A DNA stretch of 64,000 bases from an uncultured Candidatus Rokubacteria bacterium (lineage in GTDB: Bacteria > Methylomirabilota > Methylomirabilia > Rokubacteriales > CSP1-6): positions 416,001 to 480,000 of the forward strand of contig CAVWFS010000018.1 in NCBI GenBank assembly GCA_963754315.1. Reading direction: 5' to 3'. This document shows, piece after piece, positions 62,127-64,000 of this stretch (its first letter is position 1; every line of letters begins with the position of its first letter). Below the pieces are notes generated by a model. That model searched no databases. It saw only the letters and a list, made by a program, of their open reading frames with translations, and had not been told where the DNA came from. The position numbers and the translations under genes were made by a program.

Positions 62127-63104
62127 CGCGGGCCAAGATCATCGGGGTGGGAGCGTATGCACCCAAGCGCGTCGTCACCAACGCCGACCTCACGCAGTTG
62201 GTCGACACCAGCGATGAATGGATCGCCCAGCGCACCGGGATCCGTGAGCGCCGAGTGGCCGACGAGACGGAGACGACCTCCGATCTGGCCGTGAAGGCGG
62301 CTCAGCAGGCGTTGGAGCGCGCCAATCTCACTCCGGACGACATCGACTTCATCGTGGTCGGTACGACCAGCTCCGATATGCAATTTCCCTCCACCGCGAA
62401 CTATGTTCAGTACAAGCTCGGCTGCCGCAAGACGGGTTCCGTCGACGTGTGGGCTGCGTGTACGGGCTCCATCTACAGTCTGTCCATCGGAGCCCAGTTC
62501 ATCCAGACTGGGAAGTATTCACGTGTGCTCTGTATCGGGGCCGAAACCCTGTCGCGCATCACCGATTTCACGGACCGCGCCACCTGCGTGCTGTTGGCAG
62601 ACGCGGCAGGGGCGGTGATCCTCGGCCCCTCGCCGGACGACGGGCGGGCTGATCGACGCCGACCTTTATTCGGACGGCGCGCATTGGGAGCTTCTCTACA
62701 TGCCCGGCGGCGGCTCCAAGCACCCGGCCTCCCACGAGACGGTCGACGCACGGATGCACTTTGCCAAGATGAAGGGAAGCGAGTTGTTCAAGGTCGCGGT
62801 ACGGATGTTCACCGAGTCGGCGGCGACGATCTTGACCCGTCACGGCTTCACGGCGGCCGATGTGGATCTGTTCGTACCCCACCAGGCCAACCTCCGCATC
62901 ATCGAGGCGGCCGCCAAACGGCTTGAACTGCCGATGGACAAGGTCTTCATCAATCTCGACCGCTACGGCAACACCGGTGCTGCCTCCGTCTACCTTGCTC
63001 TCGAGGAAGCCGTCAGCGCGGGCCGGGTCAAGCCGGGCAATCTCGTGCTCATGGCCGCCTTCGGGGGTGGCGTCACCTGGGGTGCCGCGCTATACCGATG
63101 GTGA
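62123..63104 (+). CDS. fabH: 3-oxoacyl-ACP synthase III, +1 frameshift near 62645
   Basis: DTSDEWIAQRTGIRERR, AACTG, then in the other frame PHQANLRII, YGNTGAAS, FGGGVTWG. Confidence 0.9.
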
Positions 63105-64000
63105 TCGCCTTTCTCTTTCCGGGTCAGGGTTCACAAGTCGTCGGCATGGGTCGGGGATTTTATGAGAGCTCGGCGCGGGCCAAGGCCATCTTCGAGGAGG
63201 CCAACGACGCTCTGGGCACCGACCTCACCCGAATCATCTTCGAAGGACCCGAAGCGGATCTCGCGCTGACGACCAATACGCAGCCGGCCGTGCTGACGGT
63301 GAGCATGGCAGCGGCGGCCGTGTGCGACGAGCACGGATTGCGTCCTGCTTTCGCGGCCGGGCACAGCCTGGGTGAATACTCGGCGTTGGTGGTGGCCGGC
63401 GCCCTCAAATTCGCCGATGCCGTGCGGGTGGTACGCAAGCGAGGCGAGTTCATGCAGGTGGCGGTGCCAGTCGGGACCGGGGCCATGGCCGCCCTCATGG
63501 GACTCGATCTGACCGCAGTGGAGGCGCTGTGCGCGGAGGCGGCCCAAGGCGAGGTGGTTGACGTCGCGAATATCAACTCGGCAGCTCAGATCGTGATCGC
63601 CGGCCACCGGCCGGCCGTCGAGCGCGCGGTTGCCCAAGCCAGCGCCAAGGGGAGTCGTGTCAAGAGCGTGTTACTCCCCGTCAGTGCTCCCTTCCACTGT
63701 GCGCTCATGGCGCCGGCGGCCGAGCGCCTGGCTGACGAGCTGGCCGACGTGCCCGTCGCCGACCCGCGCCTGCCTGTTGTCCGCAATGCAGACGGGGGAG
63801 TCACGCGGACGGCGGCCGAGGTCAAGCCCTTCCTCCTCCGTCAGGTGGCGAGCCCCGTGCGCTGGGCGGATTGCATGCATCGGCTGGCCGACGAGGGCGC
63901 CACCACATTCGTCGAGGTGGGCCCGGGACGCGTGCTGTCCGGCCTTGTGAAGCGCATTGTCGAGGGCGCCACGGGATGGTCCGTTGAGGATCCGGCCGGA
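63101..64000 (+). CDS. fabD: Malonyl CoA-ACP transacylase (3' end outside the window)
   Basis: GTG start, IAFLFPGQGSQ, TQPA, AGHSLGEY, VSAPFH, SPVRW, EVGPG. Confidence 0.95.
   Translation, partial: MIAFLFPGQGSQVVGMGRGFYESSARAKAIFEEANDALGTDLTRIIFEGPEADLALTTNTQPAVLTVSMAAAAVCDEHGLRPAFAAGHSLGEYSALVVAGALKFADAVRVVRKRGEFMQVAVPVGTGAMAALMGLDLTAVEALCAEAAQGEVVDVANINSAAQIVIAGHRPAVERAVAQASAKGSRVKSVLLPVSAPFHCALMAPAAERLADELADVPVADPRLPVVRNADGGVTRTAAEVKPFLLRQVASPVRWADCMHRLADEGATTFVEVGPGRVLSGLVKRIVEGATGWSVEDPAG

Noticed and set aside
62123..63104. Split or programmed-frameshift fabH
   Set aside because: No slippery heptamer is seen. One extra base in a G-run explains it, and both halves are intact.

Overview
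High-GC bacterial chromosomal window made up of core metabolism and transport genes. The density of ABC transporters and CoA-metabolism genes suggests a Rokubacteria/Methylomirabilota-like organism, which is inference only. I saw no rRNA, tRNA, transposase, integrase, phage gene or cas gene. Gene order, first third: benzoate-CoA-ligase-family gene, decayed SsuABC/TauABC-type transporter remnant, biotin carboxylase plus carrier protein, polar amino-acid ABC, RND efflux pair, M24-fold protein, peptide-binding protein, cNMP-domain/DASS transporter and M48-like lipoprotein. Middle: GS-like ligase with a sugar-type ABC, fatty acyl-CoA ligase, aldolase-SDR/LLM/FNR-like/GT4 genes, an FmdB-GNAT-MshA-like module, an oligopeptide ABC, ferredoxin, a Cys-less thiolase-fold/DUF35/CoA-transferase III module, cimA, a DinB-like gene and an ADP-forming acyl-CoA ligase. 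Last third: RraA, ligA, an Fe3+ ABC divergent from a DtxR-family regulator with a palindromic operator, a full ccm operon, htpX and yceD-rpmF-plsX-fabH-fabD. The most notable unexplained signal is a dispersed two-hairpin intergenic repeat family with covarying stems (about 34.3, 46.2, 50.8 and 59.3 kb). Several enzymes also carry altered catalytic motifs. Six otherwise intact genes have single +1 frameshifts, most likely sequencing or assembly errors, and these create false fusions (RND-M24, CcmA-CcmB).
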